Part shown: positions 16,280 to 23,640 of the stretch, piece after piece
Position numbering within the stretch: position 1 is the first letter of the stretch
How the letters are laid out: every line of letters begins with the position of its first letter
Assembly (NCBI GenBank): GCA_004375785.1
Contig: SOKM01000139.1
Location: forward strand, 1 to 39,896
Source: Candidatus Cloacimonadota bacterium
Lineage (GTDB): Bacteria > Hydrothermota > E44-bin80
DNA: 39,896 nucleotides
Direction: 5' to 3'
Position numbers and translations under genes: made by a program
Notes under the pieces: generated by a model
The model's database searches: none
Told to the model about the DNA's origin: nothing
The model's input: only the letters and a program-made list of their open reading frames with translations

Positions 16280-18030
16280 CAGAAACCCCTCTCAAGTTTT
16301 TCTTTTAACATCTGTTTTTCGTAAAGATTTTTATACATCCCTCCATGAGAGATTAACTCTTCATGGCTCCCATCCTCTGTAATGGAACCAGCTTCAATAA
16401 CAATAATCCTGCTAATATTCTTTATCGAAGACATACGGTGTGTTATAATAATCGTTGTCCTTTCTTTCATTATAGGTGTAAGTTTCCCGATAATCTTCTC
16501 TTCAGTTTCTGTATCAATCGAGGAAAGGGCATCATCAAGGATAAGTATATCCGGGTTAAGGATTATTGCCCGGGCAATCGCTATTCTCTGCTTTTGTCCT
16601 CCTGAAAGTGAAACTCCCCTTTCTCCAATAACGGTATCAAATTTATTAGGGAATTCCATTATCTCATCATAAATCTGGGCAACCTTTGCCGCCTCGATTA
16701 TCCTTTCCATTGGTATCTCGGGATTCCCAAATCCAATGTTTTCTTTTAGAGAGAGAGAAAAAAGGAATGTATCCTGAGGCACGAAACCAATTCTTCTTCT
16801 GATATCCTTTAATCTATAGTTTTTAACATCTTTACCGTCGATTAAAACTGCACCGGATTCTGGTTCAAATACTCTTGCAATTAAATTAACCAGCGTTGTC
16901 TTTCCCTCTCCCGTTCTTCCAACAATAGCGACCTGTTCCTTCGCAAGAATTTTTAAATCTATGGATTTAAGCACATAAGGAAGTTTTTTTGAATACCTGA
17001 AGTGCACATCGGAAAACTCTATTGTTCCTTTTAGCGGTCGTGTTATTCTGAGAGCTTGAGGCAGGTCCTTTATCTTTGGTTCGGTCTCAAGCACTTGATT
17101 AATCCTTCCCAGAGAGGCTGAGCCCCTTTGAAGAAGATTCACCACCCAACCTATTCCAATCATAGGCCAGGTCAGTATTGCAAGGTAACTTGTAAAAGCA
17201 ACAAAATCACCAAGTGTTATAATATTCATTATGACCTGTCGTCCACCCCAGAAAAGAACAATCGCTGTGCTTACCCCTGCAAGTAACATAAGAAGGGGGA
17301 AAAAACCTCCCCATATCTTAACAAGCCGCATATTTTCTCTGACAAAAAATTGATTATATTTTTTGAAGTTATATACTTCATATGATTCCTGAACAAACGC
17401 CTTCACTACCCTTATTCCTGAAAGATTCTCCTGAACCTTATCGGTAAGCTTTGCAAAGGCATCCTGAACATTCTTAAATCTGACATGCAGAGCTTTTCCC
17501 AGAAAAAATGTTGAAATTGAAAGTAGCGGTAGAGGGATAAGCACATAGAATGTCAGAAGCATATTTATTCTAAACATCATAATGAGAGAGGCAATCGTCA
17601 ATACAATTGTATCTGTGAGAATAACAAGGCCAATGCCAACTGCCCTTCTTACTGCAAGAATATCATTCGTTGCAAGTGCCATTAATTCACCGGTTTTTGT
17701 ATTATTGAAAAAGTTGAATGAGAGGGTTTGAAGATGAGAAAAAAACCTGTCTCTTAAAAGTTCCAGTATCTTAAGTGATGTCCCGATGACGAAATACCGC
17801 CAGCAAAACCTGAAAAACGCAATAAAAATTGAAATAAGAAGGATAAAGAATGCAAACTTAAGGAGTAAAAATCCTGATATTTCCCCCGCATTTATACCAT
17901 CAACTGCATATTTAAGGATTCTCGGAATTATGAGTTGTAGACCATCTGTTATTATAAGGGCAACAAGTCCAAGAAAAATTCTAAACTTGTACTTAAGAAA
18001 ATATTCTTTTAAAACTAAAAAATTCCTCAA
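16279..18030 (-). CDS. ABC exporter half-transporter (TMD-NBD), degenerate-site subunit
   Basis: 583 aa. Walker A GRTGEGKTT, canonical signature LSGGQKQR. Walker B is ILILDDALSSID, with Asp (16533-16531) where the catalytic Glu is expected. Start is TTG (18030-18028) 6 nt after GGGAG. Confidence 0.9.
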   Translation of the reverse strand: MRNFLVLKEYFLKYKFRIFLGLVALIITDGLQLIIPRILKYAVDGINAGEISGFLLLKFAFFILLISIFIAFFRFCWRYFVIGTSLKILELLRDRFFSHLQTLSFNFFNNTKTGELMALATNDILAVRRAVGIGLVILTDTIVLTIASLIMMFRINMLLTFYVLIPLPLLSISTFFLGKALHVRFKNVQDAFAKLTDKVQENLSGIRVVKAFVQESYEVYNFKKYNQFFVRENMRLVKIWGGFFPLLMLLAGVSTAIVLFWGGRQVIMNIITLGDFVAFTSYLAILTWPMIGIGWVVNLLQRGSASLGRINQVLETEPKIKDLPQALRITRPLKGTIEFSDVHFRYSKKLPYVLKSIDLKILAKEQVAIVGRTGEGKTTLVNLIARVFEPESGAVLIDGKDVKNYRLKDIRRRIGFVPQDTFLFSLSLKENIGFGNPEIPMERIIEAAKVAQIYDEIMEFPNKFDTVIGERGVSLSGGQKQRIAIARAIILNPDILILDDALSSIDTETEEKIIGKLTPIMKERTTIIITHRMSSIKNISRIIVIEAGSITEDGSHEELISHGGMYKNLYEKQMLKEKLERGF

Positions 18031-18083
18031 GAAATACTCCCTGTATTACTTCACCTCAGACATAAGACTTTTAAAAAAGATAG

Positions 18084-18113
18084 ATATTAGGAAATTCGCA
18101 CATAAAATCGCAA
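18084..18113 (-). promoter_or_regulatory. Possible sigma70 promoter for the ABC pair
   Basis: Minus strand reads TTGCGA (18113-18108), an 18-nt spacer, then TAATAT (18089-18084). Weaker than the other promoters in the window. Confidence 0.35.
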
Positions 18114-18130
18114 TAGACGAGGTTTCAATA

Positions 18131-18170
18131 GGCGAGGCTTCCAGCCTCGCTGTGAGGCAAGATGCCTCAC
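18131..18170 (-). terminator. Tandem GC-rich hairpins downstream of the 235-aa TPR gene
   Basis: GCGAGGCT-tcc-AGCCTCGC (18132-18150) and GTGAGGCA-aga-TGCCTCAC (18152-18170), 54 bp past the stop at 18224. No strong T-tract, so this may be a REP-like element or attenuator rather than a full terminator. Confidence 0.45.
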
Positions 18171-18223
18171 CTGTTATCTTCTTCATTCTCCAGCTCTGTG
18201 GTCTTATGCCTGGATCATTGACA

Positions 18224-18931
18224 CTATTTCGGAATCCTTTCAGACTCGGTTGCTCCTCTTAAGAAAACAATTCTTTTCTTTGCCTCATCTGCAAAAACAG
18301 CATCGGGGTATTCATTCTCTATCATTAAATAAACCTCAATTGCTTCAGTATAGCAGTTTGTAAATTCAAGACATCGCGCCTTTGAAAACAGCGCATCTAT
18401 CCTTGCGGGTGTATCCTTATAATTAACAATTACATCTGTATACTTTTTAATTGCCTCTTCAAACATACCCTTCTGTTCAAAAACAGATGCAATACCTATT
18501 GCAGCTGAACTTGCCCAGTTCGGGTTCCTCTTTAATATATCCAACGATTTCTCGTAATATAGCAATGCATTATCCATATCCCCGGAGAAGAAATAACTGT
18601 TTGCGAGAAAAAGTGTTGCAATCTTCGCAGTTTTAGTGCCGCCATGCATATTTACAACTTCCAGATAAGATGACACAGCTTCTTTGAAATTGCCATTTTC
18701 GTAAAGTGAATTTGAATAGAGTATCTTCACACGCGCTGTTTCTTCAGCATTTCTCCTGTTTGCAAAATATATATTAACTGCAATCACTACTCCAAGCAAA
18801 ATAATAACTGCTAAGATAACCCTTGATGAATTTGCCCTGAAAAAGGTTATAAAATTCTTAGTAGTTTCAAGGAACCTGTCTTCCTTTAACTTATGCTTTG
18901 TTACCTTCTTTTTTCTAATAATTTTAGCCAT
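18224..18931 (-). CDS. Membrane-anchored TPR protein (YfgM-like layout)
   Basis: 235 aa. Basic N-terminus, single TM (VILAVIILLGVVIAVNIYF), then TPR-like repeats (GNFKEAVSSYLEVV, GDMDNALLYYEKSL, GMFEEAIKKYTDVI). AGGAGG upstream of the ATG. Confidence 0.75.
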   Translation of the reverse strand: MAKIIRKKKVTKHKLKEDRFLETTKNFITFFRANSSRVILAVIILLGVVIAVNIYFANRRNAEETARVKILYSNSLYENGNFKEAVSSYLEVVNMHGGTKTAKIATLFLANSYFFSGDMDNALLYYEKSLDILKRNPNWASSAAIGIASVFEQKGMFEEAIKKYTDVIVNYKDTPARIDALFSKARCLEFTNCYTEAIEVYLMIENEYPDAVFADEAKKRIVFLRGATESERIPK

Positions 18932-18953
18932 TGTTCTACCTCCTACCTTTATT

Positions 18954-19025
18954 TAGTTTATTCAGTCTTTTTAGTCTATTTGGTTTATTTAGTCTATTTA
19001 GTTTGTTTGGTCTATCTGGTTTATC
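18954..19025. repeat. Eight tandem 9-bp units, consensus T(A/G)GT(C/T)TATT
   Basis: Units are TAGTTTATT CAGTCTTTT TAGTCTATT TGGTTTATT TAGTCTATT TAGTTTGTT TGGTCTATC TGGTTTATC. They lie between the tRNA 3' end and the SD of the TPR gene and are followed by CTTTATC x2. Confidence 0.8.
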
Positions 19026-19108
19026 CTTTATCCTTGCCCTTTGTGATTATTGCGGTTTCTGTCCTCTGTTTGCCATACGCCATTTGCCAACCGCATTCTG
19101 CGGTTTGC

Positions 19109-19184
19109 TGGCGCCCCTGGGGCGATTCGAACGCTCGACTCCCGGTTTAGGAAACCGGTGCTCTATCCTCTGAGCTACAGGGGC
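19109..19184 (-). tRNA. tRNA-Arg: tRNA-Arg (anticodon CCU)
   Basis: Minus strand reads GCCCCTG TA GCTC AGAGGATA GAGC A CCGGT TTCCTAA ACCGG GAGTC GAGCG TTCGAAT CGCCC CAGGGGC G CCA. It is 76 nt and folds as a cloverleaf with 7-bp acceptor, 4-bp D, 5-bp anticodon and 5-bp T stems (one A-C mismatch). U8/A9 and the T-loop TTCGAAT are present, and the CCA is encoded. Confidence 0.9.
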
Positions 19185-19198
19185 AGCAAATTTCTTGT

Positions 19199-19227
19199 AA
19201 ATTATCATAAAAATGGATAGGTGTCAA
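19199..19227 (-). promoter_or_regulatory. Sigma70 promoter for tRNA-Arg
   Basis: Minus strand reads TTGACA (19227-19222), a 17-nt spacer, then TAATTT (19204-19199). The -10 ends 14 nt before the tRNA 5' end. Confidence 0.6.
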
Positions 19228-19273
19228 TAAGATTTTCGTTCAAATTTTTTCTCAAAAAATTTTTTAAAAAATC

Positions 19274-19302
19274 TTGACAGAGTAATCTTTTTCCTTTATA
19301 CT
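19274..19302 (+). promoter_or_regulatory. Sigma70 promoter for paralog A
   Basis: TTGACA (19274-19279), a 17-nt spacer, then TATACT (19297-19302). Divergent from the tRNA promoter. About 130-nt leader to the ATG at 19440. Confidence 0.6.
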
Positions 19303-19439
19303 TGTATTTATAATAAAAAGTTTGGTCAGTATTGAAACTGAAGAAAATGCATCAAAGAGATTCGACCTGATTAATTTAAAAAGGAAGGAGGTGAGTTTAT
19401 TTTCCAAGTTAAATCAAAACCTAAAAAGGAGAACTCAAG

Positions 19440-21212
19440 ATGAAAATTTCAGGCTTATTTATTTTGTTAATCTTTTTATTTAGTGTCTGTCTTCTTTGGG
19501 GGAATTATCCTCTCCAGCAAATAGAAAGGATGCCAGCGAGTGACGGTGCGGAAAGTGGATACGTACCGGAGAATCCACCTCCTATAGATAGCCTCTGTCT
19601 CGTTTTTTCTGGTATTGATTATGGTGATCCTAATAATTCACCGCAGGCTTACCCATCTGCAAAGCATATTACTAATGTTATGGTTGGCAGTTATTATTTT
19701 CCTGTAGTAACATGGGAAACTGGTGATGCGTGGGGAAAACAATCCCTTTTTTCATATTGGGACGATATGTTCAAATTCTGGTCTTATCCCGACAGTTTTA
19801 CATCAAACAATGCCATAGATACTGGAAGACCAGCAATGTGTTCGGATAGCAAAGGAAATCTACACTTTGCATGGCATCAATTAGGTAACCCGGATGGTTA
19901 TGAAATTTTCTATACACGTGCATTTCTTGACACATCTGCTGGTGTAATCCAGTACAGTGTTGAACGACCAGCAACAATGATATCTATAACGAATGGACAG
20001 GAAGAAACATTTCCATCTATTGCAATCTATGGCGATACTCTTATTATGGTTGTTTACCCACGTAGAATGGGAACAGATAGAAATGCTATTGCATATAATT
20101 ATTCAACAGATGGTGGAAATACATGGGCTGGACAAGCATTAGCGTATGACCATGGTGGAATAATGCCTGGCTCCTGGATACAACCTTCAATTGGTCCAGA
20201 TCCAAATAATGGAAATATGTGGGTTACTGTAAACTTTGATTACACAGGCAATGCATGTATGGATATTACAGCACTCTACTGGGAAGCCGCAACTAACAAC
20301 TGGAGCATCGAATTAGCTGCTGAAGGCCAAGTTCCTCCTAATGATGATGCACTCTGCATGCCAGCAATCGTTGTAGACTATAATGGTATTCCACATATTA
20401 TTTTCGCCGTAAACATAGGTTCAGGTGGAGGAGGGCTTGGTGGTCTTTGGACTTTTGGCGCCTGTGGACCAGCAGGTACTCTCTTCTACATTCATCGTTC
20501 TGGTGGTACGTGGGCTCCTCGAAGTATAATAGAATTCCCAAGATATGAGGTATGTAATTATGAATCAGGCTGGCCTTCTTTAGGGATTGCGACGGATAAT
20601 ACAATATATTTTTCAACAACACAGCCAGAGAGCGCAACGCCAGATACATCTGCATTTCTCCCCTTCAATGTCTACTATGCTGAAATTTCACCATACACGG
20701 GAGCTGTTTCATATGGTGGAAAAGTGAGTAACCTTACCTTCGGCGACTCAGCAAATACTATCTACGCACATACTACATACAATGTTCCACTTGGTGGTGA
20801 AGTACCTTCTGGTACGGAAGGACCTGGTATTACATGGTGCCAACTGATCAATGAAGCACCACCTTCAGATTGTTATTATAACCATATGGATAGTCTATTA
20901 GCAGTAAAGGAAACGAAAACTGTTTCCAATCCATCACCCGTAACACTCTATCAGAATTATCCGAATCCTGCCCATAATAAGACGATGATTCGCTTTACCG
21001 TTCCGAGCAATACTTTCATATCACTCGATATCTACGACATATCTGGAAGACTGGTCAAAACTCTTGCGAAAGGTGTTCCCGGTGCGGGTTCATACTTTGT
21101 GGTCTGGGATGGAAAGGATTTGAATGGTAAAGCGACTCCCGGTGGTGTTTATCTTTATACCCTGAGAGCAGGTTTACACAAAGAAACAAGAAAACTACTT
21201 CTTATTCACTAA
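19440..21212 (+). CDS. Secreted Asp-box/beta-propeller-like protein with T9SS C-terminal sorting domain (paralog A)
   Basis: 590 aa. Signal peptide MKISGLFILLIFLFSVCLLWG. One clear Asp-box STDGGNTW (20103-20126). The C-terminal ~85 aa LYQNYPNPAHNKTMIRFTVPSNTFISLDIYDISGRLVKTL...WDGKDLNGK..GGVYLYTLRAG...RKLLLIH match the type-A T9SS sorting domain pattern. This is the only plus-strand gene in the window. Confidence 0.85.
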   Translation: MKISGLFILLIFLFSVCLLWGNYPLQQIERMPASDGAESGYVPENPPPIDSLCLVFSGIDYGDPNNSPQAYPSAKHITNVMVGSYYFPVVTWETGDAWGKQSLFSYWDDMFKFWSYPDSFTSNNAIDTGRPAMCSDSKGNLHFAWHQLGNPDGYEIFYTRAFLDTSAGVIQYSVERPATMISITNGQEETFPSIAIYGDTLIMVVYPRRMGTDRNAIAYNYSTDGGNTWAGQALAYDHGGIMPGSWIQPSIGPDPNNGNMWVTVNFDYTGNACMDITALYWEAATNNWSIELAAEGQVPPNDDALCMPAIVVDYNGIPHIIFAVNIGSGGGGLGGLWTFGACGPAGTLFYIHRSGGTWAPRSIIEFPRYEVCNYESGWPSLGIATDNTIYFSTTQPESATPDTSAFLPFNVYYAEISPYTGAVSYGGKVSNLTFGDSANTIYAHTTYNVPLGGEVPSGTEGPGITWCQLINEAPPSDCYYNHMDSLLAVKETKTVSNPSPVTLYQNYPNPAHNKTMIRFTVPSNTFISLDIYDISGRLVKTLAKGVPGAGSYFVVWDGKDLNGKATPGGVYLYTLRAGLHKETRKLLLIH

Positions 21213-21220
21213 TACAACTG

Positions 21221-21252
21221 AAGTAGGGGCGCTCGATTGAACGCCCCTACTT
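21221..21252 (+). terminator. Hairpin terminator of paralog A
   Basis: AAGTAGGGGCG (21221-21231), a 10-nt loop, then CGCCCCTACTT (21242-21252), giving a perfect 11-bp stem 9 nt after the stop. A second hairpin CGCAGGC-ttta-GCCTGCG lies at 21284-21301. Confidence 0.6.
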
Positions 21253-21370
21253 TCATCTGTCAATTGCAATCAAGCAAGGTAGTCGCAGGCTTTAGCCTGC
21301 GTAAATACTTTACGTTTCTTAAACTAACCGAGCAATAATTGTTACTTCTCCAAATAGCTACTTTCTAATC

Positions 21371-21650
21371 TTACTGTAAAACAAGAAGAGGGATAAGCAT
21401 CTCATTCTTATTTAATCCACCATGGTGTGCTTTAAGGTCAAACTGGCTGTCCTGTCTCTGCTCTTTGAACCCATCTTTCTGATACCGAAGAGATTCAACT
21501 CTATTGATTCATTCCTTGTCAGTATAATAAATTTATTGGAAAATCTCTTGAATAGTTCCTTCAAACATTCTTCTTCACACCCATATTTTAGATAAAGATA
21601 AGATGCCCTGAATTCACTTTCCCTTTGTATTCAAGCGGAAAAATTTAACA
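21371..21650 (-). pseudogene. Possible decayed 3' remnant of an alkaline-phosphatase-superfamily-like gene
   Basis: Minus-strand frames in the A/B convergent gap read ...KELFKRFSNKFIILTRNES... and, after a frame change, ...VESLRYQKDGFKEQRQDSQFDLKAHHGGLNKNEMLIPLLVLQ* (stop at 21373-21371). The HGG..xEMxxPL tail is reminiscent of the AP/PglZ superfamily C-terminus. The reading is broken by stops and a frameshift. Very tentative. Confidence 0.2.
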
Positions 21651-21663
21651 AAGTAGGAATAAG

Positions 21664-21690
21664 ACAGGCGAGGCTGAGAGCCTCGCCTGT
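21664..21690 (-). terminator. Hairpin terminator of paralog B
   Basis: ACAGGCGAGGCT-gag-AGCCTCGCCTGT, a perfect 12-bp stem 29 bp past the stop at 21719, followed on the minus strand by a T-rich stretch (CTTATTCCTACTTTGTT). Confidence 0.6.
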
Positions 21691-21718
21691 TAAGACTAAC
21701 ATATTTTTCTCGACAGAA

Positions 21719-23464
21719 TTAGTGAACGAGAAGTAATTTCCTGGTTTCAGTATATGAACCTGCTCTCAGGGTATAAAGATAAACCCCACCAGGAGCCTCT
21801 TTACCATTCAAATCCTTTCCATCCCAGACTACAAAGTATGAACCTGCACCGGGAACACCTTTCGCAAGAGTTTTGACCAGTCTTCCAGATATGTCGTAGA
21901 TATCGAGTGATATGAAAGTATTGCTCGGAACAGTAAAGCGGATCATCGTCTTCCCATTGGCAGGATTCGGATAATTCTGATAGAGTGTGACAGGTGATGG
22001 ATGGGAAATAGTCTTAGACTCTCTTACTGCAACCAGGGTATCACAGTGGCGATAGTAAATATCTGTAGGTGGAACTGCATTGTACATTTGAGACCAGGTA
22101 ATGCCTGGACCCTCAATTGGAACAAATTGTGGAGTTTGTCCATAGATGGCGTTGTATGTTGTGTCACCCACACTAACTATACCACCGTATGAAACCGCAC
22201 CTGTATAGGGTGAAATCTCTGCATAATGGACATCGAAGGGAAAATATGCAGAATTAGTGTCAGGAGTAGCGCTATCTGGCTGTGTCGTGCTGAAATAGAT
22301 TGTGTTATCCGTCGCAATGCCAGCAGAAGGAAAACCAGCTTCATAATTGTTTATTTCATATGTTGGAAACATAATTTGTTTAGGTGTGGACCAGGAACCA
22401 CCACTTCTATGAATATAATAGAGTGTCCCTGCAGGACCACATTGATTCCAGCCTGTAAGACCACCATTTACTCCACCATCATCGACTAAGTTTTGCTGGA
22501 AAATTATATGTGGAATACTATTGTAATCAACAACAGTTGTAGGCAGAGAGTAAGGGTGCATAGTTGTACCTGGAGTCTCTGCAGCCAATTCATCAGTCCA
22601 GGTATTGGTTGCTGCGTCCCAATGGTAAGCAACTATATCCTGCCGACCATCACCAGTGTAATCCCAGGATACCGACATCCACATATTTTCTGTATTGGGG
22701 TCAGGGGCAAGGGAATTCAGTTGCCAGGCACTGGGCATCGTGCCACCGTGGTCGTATAGTACAAATGGACCAAGCCAGGTATCACCACCATCTGTGGAAT
22801 AGTTGTAACCAATACCTCTTGCTTCCAGACCAATGGTCCAGACAATCATAATAAGTGTATCACCCGAACATGCTATCGAACCGAACCAGTCATACTCCCC
22901 ATTGGTTGGGGTAACCATAACAGCGGGTCTTTCAACACTGTACTGTATTATCCCTGCTGATGTGTCAAGAAAAGCCCTTGTATAGTAGACTTCGTAACCA
23001 TCAGGATTGCCAGTTTGGTACCAGGAGAAATGTAAATTACCTTTGCTATCCGCACATACTCCTGTTCTGCCAGTTTTAATGCTCTGACTCGACGTAAAAC
23101 TATCAGGATAAGACCAGAACTTAAACAAATCATCCCAGTATGAGAAAACACTCTGTTCCCCCCATGATGTTCCCATTTGCCATATTACAACAGGAAAATA
23201 GTAACTGCCCACCTTAACGTTGGTGATATGTTTTGCATTTGGATATGCCTGAGGTGAATCGAAGTTGCCGCCATAGTCAACACCAGAAAAGACAAGACAA
23301 AGGCTGTCGATGGGAGGTGGATTCTCTGGTATGCATCCACTTTCAGCACGTAAAATAGTTCCAGCATCTATCTTCAAATTAACCTTCTGAATAGGCTCAT
23401 TACCAAAAAGGAAACCTACACTAATTAAAAGGATTACTACTATTAGTATGCTTGGAATTTTCAT
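21719..23464 (-). CDS. Secreted Asp-box/beta-propeller-like protein with T9SS C-terminal sorting domain (paralog B)
   Basis: 581 aa. Signal peptide MKIPSILIVVILLISVGFLFG. Asp-box STDGGDTW. The sorting domain is nearly identical to that of paralog A. GGAGG 7 nt upstream of the ATG. Confidence 0.85.
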   Translation of the reverse strand: MKIPSILIVVILLISVGFLFGNEPIQKVNLKIDAGTILRAESGCIPENPPPIDSLCLVFSGVDYGGNFDSPQAYPNAKHITNVKVGSYYFPVVIWQMGTSWGEQSVFSYWDDLFKFWSYPDSFTSSQSIKTGRTGVCADSKGNLHFSWYQTGNPDGYEVYYTRAFLDTSAGIIQYSVERPAVMVTPTNGEYDWFGSIACSGDTLIMIVWTIGLEARGIGYNYSTDGGDTWLGPFVLYDHGGTMPSAWQLNSLAPDPNTENMWMSVSWDYTGDGRQDIVAYHWDAATNTWTDELAAETPGTTMHPYSLPTTVVDYNSIPHIIFQQNLVDDGGVNGGLTGWNQCGPAGTLYYIHRSGGSWSTPKQIMFPTYEINNYEAGFPSAGIATDNTIYFSTTQPDSATPDTNSAYFPFDVHYAEISPYTGAVSYGGIVSVGDTTYNAIYGQTPQFVPIEGPGITWSQMYNAVPPTDIYYRHCDTLVAVRESKTISHPSPVTLYQNYPNPANGKTMIRFTVPSNTFISLDIYDISGRLVKTLAKGVPGAGSYFVVWDGKDLNGKEAPGGVYLYTLRAGSYTETRKLLLVH

Positions 23465-23640
23465 CTGTCAACCTCCTTTTTAGTTCTTTAAATCAAGTAA
23501 ATAAAAAATTCACCCCCTTTCATTAAAATTTTATTCAAGCAGATAAACCTTCTTATTCTGCATCACTTTTCTATTAATTGATTCATAACACATTTTCTTT
23601 ACAAAATCAAGAAAAAAAATCACAACTGCCTAACCTCCTA

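Noticed and set aside
18954-19025. CRISPR array, also considered for the other short repeat patches at 14092-14180, 27631-27693 and 29470-29511.
   Set aside because: The units are 7-12 bp and directly abutting, with no spacers. There are no cas genes in the window.
18893-19173. Two plus-strand ORFs in the track (85 aa and 80 aa, LVYLVYLVYLV.. and LFSLFSLFG..).
   Set aside because: They are translations of the 9-bp tandem array and of the antisense strand of tRNA-Arg. They have no RBS and their composition is purely repeat-driven.
19440-21212. Calling the paralogs sialidases or neuraminidases because of the Asp-box.
   Set aside because: There is only a single Asp-box per protein (none in D) and no FRIP motif or recognisable catalytic Arg triad by eye. 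Asp-boxes occur in many non-sialidase propellers.
19109-21252. tRNA-flanked genomic island. The hairpin after paralog A (GGGGCGCTCGATTGAACGCCCC) partly resembles the tRNA T-arm/acceptor segment (GGGGCGATTCGAACGC), hinting at an att-like partial tRNA copy.
   Set aside because: The similarity is short and needs a 4-nt indel. It is largely explained by the hairpin's own palindromy. The putative island would lie on the 5' side of the tRNA rather than the usual 3' side. No integrase or other mobility gene is present.
21422-21595. A 57-aa plus-strand ORF (MVCFKVKLAVLSLLFEPIFLIPKRF...) in the A/B gap.
   Set aside because: It has no SD and lies between two terminators. It is antisense to the more protein-like (but broken) minus-strand frames, so it is probably a shadow of the putative remnant.
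23465-23640. Additional sigma54 promoters upstream of paralogs B, C (27235-27429), D (29074-29268) and A (19185-19439).
   Set aside because: I scanned by eye for GG-N10-GC with TGGCAC/TTGC context. The candidates TTTGGTCTGATGTGCAAA (C), GGTTTATCTGC (B) and TGGTCAGTATTGAAA (A) all have the wrong spacing or lack the GC. Only 31096-31111 fits.
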